Below, piece by piece: positions 7,396 to 16,501 of a stretch of DNA of 38,743 bases. Source of the stretch: an uncultured bacterium (GTDB taxonomy: Bacteria > Cyanobacteriota > Vampirovibrionia > LMEP-6097); assembly GCA_903930015.1 (NCBI GenBank), contig CAIYXB010000193.1:1-38743 (forward strand), written 5' to 3'. Made by a program: the position numbers and the translations under genes. The stretch's first letter is position 1; each line of letters starts with the position of its first letter. Below the pieces are notes generated by a model that was not told the DNA's origin, did no database searches, and saw nothing but the letters and a program-made list of their open reading frames with translations.

Positions 7396-9432
7396 TTAGC
7401 GAGTAAATACATGTATATACTCAAATTTATTGTCTATTTTGTGAGATTTACCGCCTTGATATTTCTTGTGGTTAAAATAGTGGGTCCAAACAAGGTCCTT
7501 ACCAGGTAGATAAATTTCTTTTTGATTTTCTTCACTTAGAGTTTTAAAAATAGGGCAAATTAAATATTTATCGCCAAACATATAATTAAAGCTTTCCTCT
7601 AAAACATTTTCATCATTTTGAAAATCATAAATTAACGGTCTCATAATCGGAATACCTTCTTTGTGTGCTTTAATATTTTGTTTTTTTAGGTAGGGTAAGA
7701 GCTCAGTTCTAATTTGAAAAAATTTTTGAATAATCCTGAAAAAATCTTTGTGAGTTTTTTTGAACATATCAGGTTCAGTTGCCTCTTGCTTATATGAGTG
7801 AATAGAGAATCTAGGTGAAAAGACTCCACATTGTATCCATCTTAAAAAGAGTTCAGGGTCTACTTTTGGACCATAAAATCCTCCTATGTCAGTTCCACAG
7901 TGTACAAGTCCACTTAAACTCATAGAGCTTAAAATTGCATTATCATACTTAAGACTTTGCCATGAAGAATAGTTATCACCAATCCAGGTTTGTGCATATT
8001 GTTGAATTCCTGAATATCCTGATCTTGAAAGTATCCATGGATTTTCTTTTGGCTTTAATTTTTTTGCAAGTTCATAAGAAAGTTTAGACATTAATAATGA
8101 CATCTCAGGCTGGTGACCTAAAGCTTGGTGTTTTTCGAAAATCTCATATTCATTATTATCATTCCAAACCCCGTCAATACCTTGATTATAGATATATTGT
8201 TCTAGTTTATCTAACCACCATTTTTGTGCAGTTTTTTTACGAAAATCAATATATGACCCTTCACCACCCCAGTAATCTATAACGAGGCTATCACCTTTTA
8301 AATCATTGATAAAAATATCTAAGGAACTAGCTTCATTATACCAAGGGTGAGATTTAAGTAAAACAGGTTTTACGTTGGCACAGAGTTTTACTCCAAGTTC
8401 ATTAATTTTTCTTGTAAAATCTTTTGGCTCAGGGAATTTTTCTTTATTCCAAATAAATTGATGTCTCTCATTTTTGTTATTAAGTATATAGCCAGATGAC
8501 ATATGAAATGCTGTTGCAGAGATACTTTCATTTTTAAAACGAGCTAGAGTTTCTATCAGTCTTAGATCTTGTTTATTTTGCTTTCCGTAATTTTCTAAGT
8601 AAGACATCCCAGATGCTAAATAGCCTAAAGCGTAATCAGGCATTAGCGCAGGCATTCCAGTTAATTTGAGATAAGCTTTAATGACATTTTTAATTGATGG
8701 TCCATTGAAAAAATAATAATTTGCTTCACCGCCTTCTGCTTGCATGTAATAGTAAAGACCAGGTTTTCTTTCTTTACCAAAATCAAAAGTTTTTTTATAA
8801 AAGTTATCAAAAAATATTCCATGCGCATTTTTAGTTTTTTTATCTAGGTGAATAAAAAACGGAATATCTTTATATAGTGGATCAGTTTGCTTGGAATCAT
8901 AGCCAAGTGCATCAATAGGGTCATTGCGAAATCTTTTGCCCCAACGGTTTATACTGCCTGTTTTATCGCCTAGCCCATAAATATAAGGAGGGTTTTCTAT
9001 GTTGTTATATTTTTTGTAAATCCTAATTTCTTTGGAATCACCGGTGAGTTCTCCAGACCAAAAACCAAGTGCTTCAAAGTCGGCAGAAAGTAGCTCGTTT
9101 TTTTTATTATAAATTTCAGTTTTAAGTGGATTTTTATGGACGATAAGCTTTAAGCTCTCTGAGCTTATTTCAAAACTTTCAGAAGCTTCTTTTGTTAAAA
9201 TCTTAAGATCATCAATATCAGTATTTAAGTAAGGATTTGCTTTGTTAAAATTAAAAGTTTTATTGAAGCTGTAATTAAAGCGAATTGTATTCTTATCAAC
9301 AAAAATGATATTTAAATAAACTATTTTACTTTTACTTTTTAATTTGATTTGGAAATGATTTTTAAAAAGCTCACTAATTTTGCTAGCTTCTAAATAATTT
9401 TTTAGTCCATATTGGGTGTTTTCTTCGACCAT
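7396..9432 (-). CDS. Glycoside hydrolase family 31 (alpha-glycosidase)
   Basis: YGLGDKTG, DPLYKDIPFF, catalytic WNDNNE, SRSGYSGIQQYAQTWIGDN, DIGGFYG, ELFLRWIQ, PIMRPL. Start placed at the second Met (9432) because TAAAAT lies 7 nt upstream; the ORF track start is 9441. Confidence 0.92.
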   Translation of the reverse strand: MVEENTQYGLKNYLEASKISELFKNHFQIKLKSKSKIVYLNIIFVDKNTIRFNYSFNKTFNFNKANPYLNTDIDDLKILTKEASESFEISSESLKLIVHKNPLKTEIYNKKNELLSADFEALGFWSGELTGDSKEIRIYKKYNNIENPPYIYGLGDKTGSINRWGKRFRNDPIDALGYDSKQTDPLYKDIPFFIHLDKKTKNAHGIFFDNFYKKTFDFGKERKPGLYYYMQAEGGEANYYFFNGPSIKNVIKAYLKLTGMPALMPDYALGYLASGMSYLENYGKQNKQDLRLIETLARFKNESISATAFHMSSGYILNNKNERHQFIWNKEKFPEPKDFTRKINELGVKLCANVKPVLLKSHPWYNEASSLDIFINDLKGDSLVIDYWGGEGSYIDFRKKTAQKWWLDKLEQYIYNQGIDGVWNDNNEYEIFEKHQALGHQPEMSLLMSKLSYELAKKLKPKENPWILSRSGYSGIQQYAQTWIGDNYSSWQSLKYDNAILSSMSLSGLVHCGTDIGGFYGPKVDPELFLRWIQCGVFSPRFSIHSYKQEATEPDMFKKTHKDFFRIIQKFFQIRTELLPYLKKQNIKAHKEGIPIMRPLIYDFQNDENVLEESFNYMFGDKYLICPIFKTLSEENQKEIYLPGKDLVWTHYFNHKKYQGGKSHKIDNKFEYIHVFTR

Positions 9433-9480
9433 ACAATACATTTTATTAGCTTTTGTCTAAAATGCTAATATTATTTCTAC

Positions 9481-10455
9481 ATGACTGGTACAAAAACAAT
9501 AAAAGAAATAGCTCAAGAAGTCTTCAATACTGAGATTGCAGTACTTGAAGATGTAAAAAATGCTTTAGATGATAATTTTGAAAAGGCTGTTGAATTAATA
9601 AGTAAAACAACAGGAAGAGTTGTAGTTACAGGAATGGGTAAATCTGGACACATTGCATCAAAAATAGCAGCCACTCTAGCAAGTACTGGGACTTCCTCGT
9701 TTTTTGTTCATCCAGCTGAGATGGGTCATGGAGATTTGGGAATGCTCAAAAAAGATGATGTAGTTTTAGCCTTATCGTTCAGCGGTAATACAGAAGAACT
9801 TAGAAAAGTACTCGCTCCTATGAAAAAACTTGGTGTACCGATGATATCTATTACCGGTGGCAAAAATAGCATCCTTGCTGAATATTCAGATTTTGTTTTG
9901 CATACACCAGTAAAAAAAGAGGCTTGTCCTTTAGACTTAGCTCCTACTTCAAGTACAACTGCAGCACTTGTAATTGGTGATGCTCTTGCGGTAGCTTTGA
10001 TGAAAATAAAAAATATTCAAGAAAAAGATTTTGCAGCATCTCACCCACTTGGCTCTTTAGGCAGAAGCTTTATGCAAGTCTCTGAAATAATGAGATCTAA
10101 ATCAATTCCAAAGATTGATGAGTCAACAACTTTCATTGATTTAGTTAAAGAGATTGATGACAAATCATTAGGTTTCACAGTTGTGGTGAATAAGAGTAAT
10201 TCAGTTATTGGTATGGTTACAGATGGAGATATTAGAAGATCGAACATTAAATTTGGCCCGGAAATTTTTCAAAAAAAGGCTTCTGATATTATGAACCTAA
10301 GTCCAAAAACTATAGAGAAGTCAGCTTTTGCTTCAAGAGCTGCAGAGTTAATGAAAGAATATAGAATTTCCTCTTTGGTAGTTGTTGATGAAAATAACCA
10401 AGCGATCGGAATTATTGACCTAAAAGACATGCTCGCTGAAGGTTTTGTTATTTAG
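9481..10455 (+). CDS. kdsD: Arabinose-5-phosphate isomerase, KpsF/GutQ family (SIS plus CBS pair)
   Basis: GMGKSGHIASKIAATLASTGT, HPAEMGHGDLG, EACPLDLAPTSST, HPLGSLG and C-terminal CBS domains. Confidence 0.93.
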   Translation: MTGTKTIKEIAQEVFNTEIAVLEDVKNALDDNFEKAVELISKTTGRVVVTGMGKSGHIASKIAATLASTGTSSFFVHPAEMGHGDLGMLKKDDVVLALSFSGNTEELRKVLAPMKKLGVPMISITGGKNSILAEYSDFVLHTPVKKEACPLDLAPTSSTTAALVIGDALAVALMKIKNIQEKDFAASHPLGSLGRSFMQVSEIMRSKSIPKIDESTTFIDLVKEIDDKSLGFTVVVNKSNSVIGMVTDGDIRRSNIKFGPEIFQKKASDIMNLSPKTIEKSAFASRAAELMKEYRISSLVVVDENNQAIGIIDLKDMLAEGFVI

Positions 10456-10548
10456 AGATAAGATAGGTTGATATTAAGCTATTTTTTGGAATATAATTAT
10501 ATGTAGCAAGTATTTTGGTTTAATCTATTTGTGCTTGGTAAGTAAAGT

Positions 10549-10881
10549 ATGAAAATTTTTCAGTTTAATTTTTTAGGTTTGTTGATCTTAGTAAGTGTTT
10601 TATCAGTTCTGATTGTTGTGCCAAGCTATATCGTTCAGAATATTTGGAACTCTATCTATTCACTTGATTTAGAAAGAGACATGACCATTAGTTTATGGCA
10701 AGCCGCTTTGTTGTGGGGTGCTTGTTTATCAGCAATATATATGACGGGTATTTTCAAATTCAAAATAGATTTTAAAACACTTGATAATATTGACCTTGAT
10801 TCAATCAAAGACCCTGAATTAAAAGCTGAAATTGAAAGACTTAAAACTAAATCTAAAGAAGACGATTTAGATAAAAATTAA
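10549..10881 (+). CDS. Small hypothetical membrane protein (2 TM)
   Basis: 110-aa ORF with two hydrophobic segments and a charged tail. Confidence 0.7.
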   Translation: MKIFQFNFLGLLILVSVLSVLIVVPSYIVQNIWNSIYSLDLERDMTISLWQAALLWGACLSAIYMTGIFKFKIDFKTLDNIDLDSIKDPELKAEIERLKTKSKEDDLDKN

Positions 10882-12530
10882 GAAGCTTTTACTCTGCTTG
10901 AATTTTGATTTATTGAAAGCTTTATAAGTTTGAAATTTACTTTATCTTCAAAGTCCACTGTAGCTTTTACTAGTAGAGAAAGTCTTTTAAAACAATCTTG
11001 GATTTTGATATTTGATTTATAATTTCCAATATTTTTGCCTTGATAAGCTATTTTAAAAGTTAAATTATCAACTTCTTGTTTTATTTGTAGGGCGATTTTA
11101 AAATTATCATTTTCGCTCCAATTTAGCTCAATGATACTGCCAATAAAGCTTTCAATAATTCTAAATATATGTACTTTATCTTGAAAATTTAAAACTAGTT
11201 TTGCTACATCACTTTCGATTTGGATTAGGATTTTATTTTTACTTTGTTGATAAATTTTAGTGGAGTATTGTTCAAGTACATTAATAAATCCTTGGTCTTC
11301 TTCGAAGCGAAAAGGCACCATATTAAAAAGGCTTTTCTCGATCTCATTAAGTAATTGGTCAAAGTTATGTTTTATTACTCCTAAGCGCATATTATCTCTT
11401 TGAGACATTTCACTTTCTGAAAGCAGATCAAAAAGTTTCTCTTGAATAGTGTTGATATTATCAAAGCACCTTTCCTCAAGGTCAATAGCATGTTCTTCTA
11501 GTTTAGTTTCCAGCTCTGTGTAATATTTGTTTTTTAGATCAATATGCATTTCCTCAATTAAATTTTGCTCAACAACTATAGTTGTTTGATTATTTGAGTT
11601 TTGATTAGAATCTTTTTTTCTATAGTCTTTGATTTTGAAATTTTTAAATTCTTCTGCAAGCTCTTGTTTGAAAAAATCAAAATTACTTACAGCTTGAAAG
11701 TCAAGATCAAAGATACTTACAATGAGTAAAGTGATCAGTAAACAAGCAATAAGTTCACTTATTTCAATATAGTGATTAAAAAAGCTATAGCTAATTTGTG
11801 AACCAATGAAGGCGACAGCTGTAATTAAGCCAAATAAAGCAATGCGCGATGGATATATAAGTAAAGTAGCAATCATTGAAAAACTAATAATGCATAAAAA
11901 CAGTAATACTTTTGGAAAACCTAGGAAGCGAACGGATCTTCCTTCAAAATAATTAAGTAATCGACTAAGTTCTTTAGTATTTAGATTTAAGTTTGGAGAA
12001 AGGATAAAAACATTTTTACTTCTAAGTTTTTCTTCATCCATTAGTCCAAGATCAAAATCATTTAAAGAATCAATCTTGATTGGATTATTGCTATGATCTA
12101 ATAAAACTTTTTTGTTATTTTCATTTATCCATTCCAGTTCTATGTCCTTGTTTTGAATGGCTTGAACAGGGCTGTTGATCTTGTTTTTTAAACTGTCGAT
12201 GTCGTTTTGAAATATACCTAGTTTATTTTCTTTACTTAAAACAATATTTATTGAGAGTGGGTGTGCTAAGTCAAGTTTATCTACTATATTGAAAAAAAGA
12301 GCCTTTCTTTCTGCAGTTGTTTTGTTTTTTAGAAGTTCTTCTTTTTCTTCTTTTGTGAATTCTAATACAATGGAATTCTCATTTGAGAATTTTTTGTTAA
12401 AGGAGATCTTAGATTCTAAATTTAGAACTAGTTGATTAGCTTCAAACCAAAAATTTTCTCCGAGGACATTTGCCAGGAAGAAGACCAAGATGGCTACAAA
12501 AGCACCTATTAGTAAGTTTTTTTTACCCAC
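10878..12530 (-). CDS. Membrane sensor-like protein: CHASE2-like region, 3 TM, degenerate NarX-type (HisKA_3/HATPase) module
   Basis: N-terminal TM, extracytoplasmic domain and three TMs, then segments echoing NarX-type kinases (AIDLEE, NMVPFRFEEDQGFINVLEQY, HIFRIIESFIGSII, IAYQGKNI). Assignment is by motif resemblance only. Confidence 0.6.
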   Translation of the reverse strand: MGKKNLLIGAFVAILVFFLANVLGENFWFEANQLVLNLESKISFNKKFSNENSIVLEFTKEEKEELLKNKTTAERKALFFNIVDKLDLAHPLSINIVLSKENKLGIFQNDIDSLKNKINSPVQAIQNKDIELEWINENNKKVLLDHSNNPIKIDSLNDFDLGLMDEEKLRSKNVFILSPNLNLNTKELSRLLNYFEGRSVRFLGFPKVLLFLCIISFSMIATLLIYPSRIALFGLITAVAFIGSQISYSFFNHYIEISELIACLLITLLIVSIFDLDFQAVSNFDFFKQELAEEFKNFKIKDYRKKDSNQNSNNQTTIVVEQNLIEEMHIDLKNKYYTELETKLEEHAIDLEERCFDNINTIQEKLFDLLSESEMSQRDNMRLGVIKHNFDQLLNEIEKSLFNMVPFRFEEDQGFINVLEQYSTKIYQQSKNKILIQIESDVAKLVLNFQDKVHIFRIIESFIGSIIELNWSENDNFKIALQIKQEVDNLTFKIAYQGKNIGNYKSNIKIQDCFKRLSLLVKATVDFEDKVNFKLIKLSINQNSSRVKAS

Positions 12531-12577
12531 AACTTCATTTTAAACTAAACCGGTCAAGTCAAGTGAGTTAGACATGT

Positions 12578-13651
12578 TTAATTCTTCTGAAAATATTCGT
12601 GAGCTTTATCGGTGACGACCCTGCCACGCGGAGTCCGCATTAAAAATCCTGATTGGACTAAAAAGGGTTCATAGTAATCTTCTATGGTTGTTTTATCCTC
12701 GCCTACAAGCATGGAAATAGTTTCAAGCCCTACAGGACCACCTTTATATTGATTAATCATTGTTAAAAGTATTTTTTGATCCATTGCATCTAAACCGGCA
12801 CTATCAATTTGATAAAGATTTAAAGACTCAATTGCCGTTGTTTTGCAAATTTGCGTTTTGCCTTTGTAATGTGCAAAATCTCTTGTCAGTCTAAGGAGTC
12901 TATTTGCGATTCGAGGTGTGCCACGACTTCTACTTGCAAGTATTAGCTTGGCATCGTCATCAAGGCTGATATTTAATTTAGGACAATTTTTTTCAATAAT
13001 TAATGCAAGCTCTTCGTCTTTATAGTATTCCATCCGATATAAGTGTATGAATCTGTCTCTGAGAGGGGCACTGATGTAACCTAGTTTTGTTGTTGCACCA
13101 ACTAAAATAAATTTGTTTAATTGAAATCTCATAACACGAGCACTTTCGCTTTTACCAGAATTAAGATCAATCTCAAAATCTTCTAACGCAGGATAAAGAA
13201 GCTCTTCTGTAACTTTATTCAAGCGATGTATCTCATCAATAAAAACAACATCACCCTCTTTTACTGACATTAAAATTCCCAAGATATCTTTTGGTCTTTC
13301 AAGTGCTGGTGCTGAAAAAATATGTGCGTTGGTACCAAGTTCTTTTGCTAAGATGTAGGCGCAGCTTGTTTTACCTAAGCCAGGAGGACCATAAAGTAAA
13401 ATATGCCCGAGGCTCGCGATATCATTTCTTTGTTTTGCAGCTGCGATCGAGATTCTTAGTATTTCTTGTAATTGTTCTTGACCAATATAGTCTTTAAAAC
13501 TTTTTGGTCTTAGATTGTTTAGTTCGTCGTTTTCAGTTTTAAGGTCATTGAAACTTGCATTAGAATCTAAAATTTGGCTTTTGCGCTGGGCCACTTTGCT
13601 AGACTCATTATTGTTGGTTTCTTCTTTATTTAGTGAACTATTTATAACCAC
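12578..13651 (-). CDS. ruvB: Holliday junction branch migration helicase RuvB
   Basis: LRPKSFKDYIGQ, GPPGLGKT, FIDEIHRL, EELLYPALEDF, GATT, PLRDRF, SRGTPRIANRLL, GGPVG, EPFL, RTPRGR. Confidence 0.97.
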   Translation of the reverse strand: MVINSSLNKEETNNNESSKVAQRKSQILDSNASFNDLKTENDELNNLRPKSFKDYIGQEQLQEILRISIAAAKQRNDIASLGHILLYGPPGLGKTSCAYILAKELGTNAHIFSAPALERPKDILGILMSVKEGDVVFIDEIHRLNKVTEELLYPALEDFEIDLNSGKSESARVMRFQLNKFILVGATTKLGYISAPLRDRFIHLYRMEYYKDEELALIIEKNCPKLNISLDDDAKLILASRSRGTPRIANRLLRLTRDFAHYKGKTQICKTTAIESLNLYQIDSAGLDAMDQKILLTMINQYKGGPVGLETISMLVGEDKTTIEDYYEPFLVQSGFLMRTPRGRVVTDKAHEYFQKN

Positions 13652-13759
13652 TTATATTTATAAGGGTATCATCAAATTGCTGATTTTGGCAAATGGTTAT
13701 CTTGAGTTGGTGCAGTAAAGGGCAAAAATGTTTTCGAAAACAATTTTGGATCTACTAGA

Positions 13760-15061
13760 TCAGTTTAATGCTTTAATGCGGGCTTCTAAATTAAAGTCAT
13801 TTAGAAAATCAACTTTTTGAGCCTCTAAATAGAGTTTTTTTGCTTCTTCCTCTTTACCGAAGTTTAATTGGTCCTGTGCTTGAGCAACTTTGCTAAAGCA
13901 CGAATGTGTATCTATTTGAGTGAGTTCTTTAACAAGTAAATTAAAAAGATTTTTTGAATATGGAGAGCCTATTGCATTGATAGCTTGCTTGGTATCTATA
14001 TAAATATCAGTCTTACTTTCAGAAACGAAATTCTCACTAATTATTTTTTCTTGTTTGAGCATAGATGCTTTTGTTTTAGTGAAAAAATAATGGTTAAGTA
14101 AAAAATCTCTATGAAAAAAAACCTCAAAGCCCTTTTTAATAAAGGTGTTTAAAATTAGACTCTCATTTATATCATGTGCGGCAGCATTCCCGTATAAAGT
14201 AAAACTACTTTTGGAATCAAAACGATTAGGCATGTCAGCAGAATATACCAAGCCATCTTCGTTTATTAGTCCTAACATTAATTCTGTTACTTTAAGGGCA
14301 CCATAATTGTAAATTACTTCACCAAGAGGGTTTGCAGGCTCTGATTTTACAAATTCAAAATATTCTTGCTCGATCTGATCAGCTCCGTTAATTTTATATT
14401 CTGACCATCTTGTATCGATCAATAATTTATTGATTAGATTTAGATCTTCACAAATTAATTTGTCATTGATTTCTTGGATTGCAAATTCATCATCTTCTTG
14501 CAAGATTCTAAATTGTAGTTTTTCAAGATGATTGTTTTTATTGGGTTTAAGTATCTTTGTTGGCAGGGCATCGTAAAGATAGTTCATCGTTACTAAATCT
14601 AAGTTCTCTAGTTTGAAGTTCTTACCGTCAAGTGTTTTAGATTTATCTGGTTCAAGTGCATTCATTTCAACTAGTTGATAGTTTTTAAAGCCATCAAGGA
14701 TTTTTCTTGTTTTGATATCTTCAAGAAGAGTTTTACTAAAATCAGCAATAATCAATTTAACTTTAGAAGAAAATCCAAGTTCCTCAATAGCTATAAGTAA
14801 ATGTCTTGCAAAAATCCCACTGCCACAACCAAGCTCAAGGACTGTTACTGAGTCTTTTTTTTCTGCAATTTTCCCAAGAATTTTTGCCAAACTTAAGGCA
14901 TGTGGATAACAATTTGAAACTTCATTAGGTATAAATCTTCTAACTCCAGCGGCATAAGCTTTAATGCCTTGTGCTTTATAATATCTATCGCCAATGGTTG
15001 AAATTAATGATTTATCATAGTCATTCCAGTCTTCTATTACGATATAGCCTTCATCACTCAT
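13760..15061 (-). CDS. Class I SAM-dependent methyltransferase (MidA/NDUFAF7-like) with a C-terminal TPR-like helix pair
   Basis: Motif I VLELGCGSG, NYLYDALP motif, and C-terminal AQDQLNFGKEEEAKKLYLEAQKVD. Confidence 0.7.
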   Translation of the reverse strand: MSDEGYIVIEDWNDYDKSLISTIGDRYYKAQGIKAYAAGVRRFIPNEVSNCYPHALSLAKILGKIAEKKDSVTVLELGCGSGIFARHLLIAIEELGFSSKVKLIIADFSKTLLEDIKTRKILDGFKNYQLVEMNALEPDKSKTLDGKNFKLENLDLVTMNYLYDALPTKILKPNKNNHLEKLQFRILQEDDEFAIQEINDKLICEDLNLINKLLIDTRWSEYKINGADQIEQEYFEFVKSEPANPLGEVIYNYGALKVTELMLGLINEDGLVYSADMPNRFDSKSSFTLYGNAAAHDINESLILNTFIKKGFEVFFHRDFLLNHYFFTKTKASMLKQEKIISENFVSESKTDIYIDTKQAINAIGSPYSKNLFNLLVKELTQIDTHSCFSKVAQAQDQLNFGKEEEAKKLYLEAQKVDFLNDFNLEARIKALN

Positions 15062-15134
15062 TTCAAACCCTTTTTATGCCATTAGTACTAAAACTTCTTT
15101 AAAAACCTTAGTTTGTTAATATTATACCGCTATA

Positions 15135-16409
15135 ATGTTAGCTAATCTTATGCAGATTGAGATCGATAAAATCAATACAGAGTCAGCATTCTTTATACAA
15201 GAATTAGCTAAATCGACTCATGATTTTGCTTCTATCGCAAAGGATATTATTAATCATTCAAGAGTTTCAGTGAGCGATGGAGTTAAATTAATTCAGTCAA
15301 ATGATATTTTTGTTTTGGGTCATATGGCAAACTTTGTACGTCAAAGAAAATCCTATGAAGTTGCTTTAGATAAAGGATTTAGCGCGGATATTGCAAGACA
15401 AAGAATGCAACAGGTTTGGTGGAATACTAATTTGCATTTGAATCCAACTAATGTCTGTATTGGGGAGTGTGATTTTTGTTCTTTTGCAAAACTGCCAAAT
15501 GAAGAAGGTGCTTATACAATGGATGTCACTGAGTGTGTCAATAGAGTTGTTGCAGCAAGATTAGAGGGAGCAACAGAAGTACACATAGTAGGCGGCCTTA
15601 ATCCAAAGTGTTTAATTGAATATTATTCTGATGTAATACGTGCAATAAAAAAAGAAGTACCTGAGATTCACGTGAAAGCATTTACTGCTGTTGAGATAGA
15701 TTTTTTCCAACAATTTGCTAGAAATGCTCAAGGTCAAAATCTAAGCATAGAAGAAATTTTTAAAGAACTTATAGAGGCAGGACTTGATAGTATGCCTGGC
15801 GGGGGTGCAGAAGTTTTTTCAAGACAAGTGCGTGATGAAATGTGCCCAGATAAAATTGATGCTCAATTATGGGTAGATATTCATAAAACAGCTCATAGAA
15901 TGGGTTTGAAAACTAATGCTACTATGCTTGCTGGTATTGGTGAAGAGCCAGCAGAAAGAATTGATCATTTAGATATTTTAAGGAAGGCTCAAGATGAATC
16001 TTTAGCTGATCCAATCGCAAAACAAAAAGGCGGTTCTTTTCAAACTTTTATTCCTTTAAGCTGTCACTATGAAGGTAATGATCTTTTAGCAAGAGGTGTA
16101 AAACCTTTGACTGGATATGATGAACTTAAAAACATCGCTCTTTCAAGAATAATGCTTGATAATTTTGACAACATCAAAGCGTATTGGATACAGCTCGGAG
16201 AGAAAATGGCACAAGTTGCACTCTCTTTTGGTGCAAATGATTTGGACGGAACAGTAAAAGCTGAGAGAATTACAAGAGCTGCTGGTGCGCAAAAAAGATC
16301 TCTTGCCGAAAATACTTTGATTGAACTTATTGAAGGTGCTCGCCTTGTGCCTATCGAAAGAGATACGCTTTATAATCCTATAGAGTTATCAAAACATGCA
16401 ATGGCTTAG
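15135..16409 (+). CDS. mqnE: Aminofutalosine synthase (radical SAM, futalosine menaquinone pathway)
   Basis: HLNPTNVCIGECDFC (CxxxCxxC), EVHIVGG, HVKAFTAVEI, SMPGGGAE, NATML, IKAYWIQLG, FGANDLDGT, ERDTLY. Confidence 0.88.
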   Translation: MLANLMQIEIDKINTESAFFIQELAKSTHDFASIAKDIINHSRVSVSDGVKLIQSNDIFVLGHMANFVRQRKSYEVALDKGFSADIARQRMQQVWWNTNLHLNPTNVCIGECDFCSFAKLPNEEGAYTMDVTECVNRVVAARLEGATEVHIVGGLNPKCLIEYYSDVIRAIKKEVPEIHVKAFTAVEIDFFQQFARNAQGQNLSIEEIFKELIEAGLDSMPGGGAEVFSRQVRDEMCPDKIDAQLWVDIHKTAHRMGLKTNATMLAGIGEEPAERIDHLDILRKAQDESLADPIAKQKGGSFQTFIPLSCHYEGNDLLARGVKPLTGYDELKNIALSRIMLDNFDNIKAYWIQLGEKMAQVALSFGANDLDGTVKAERITRAAGAQKRSLAENTLIELIEGARLVPIERDTLYNPIELSKHAMA

Positions 16410-16501
16410 GGGAAAGATAGAGATTTAATAGTTAGCCTTGATGCTATTCTTGAACCAAAATTCGGTATCAGATTAATTGATAGAAGTTCAAACTAAACTA
16501 T

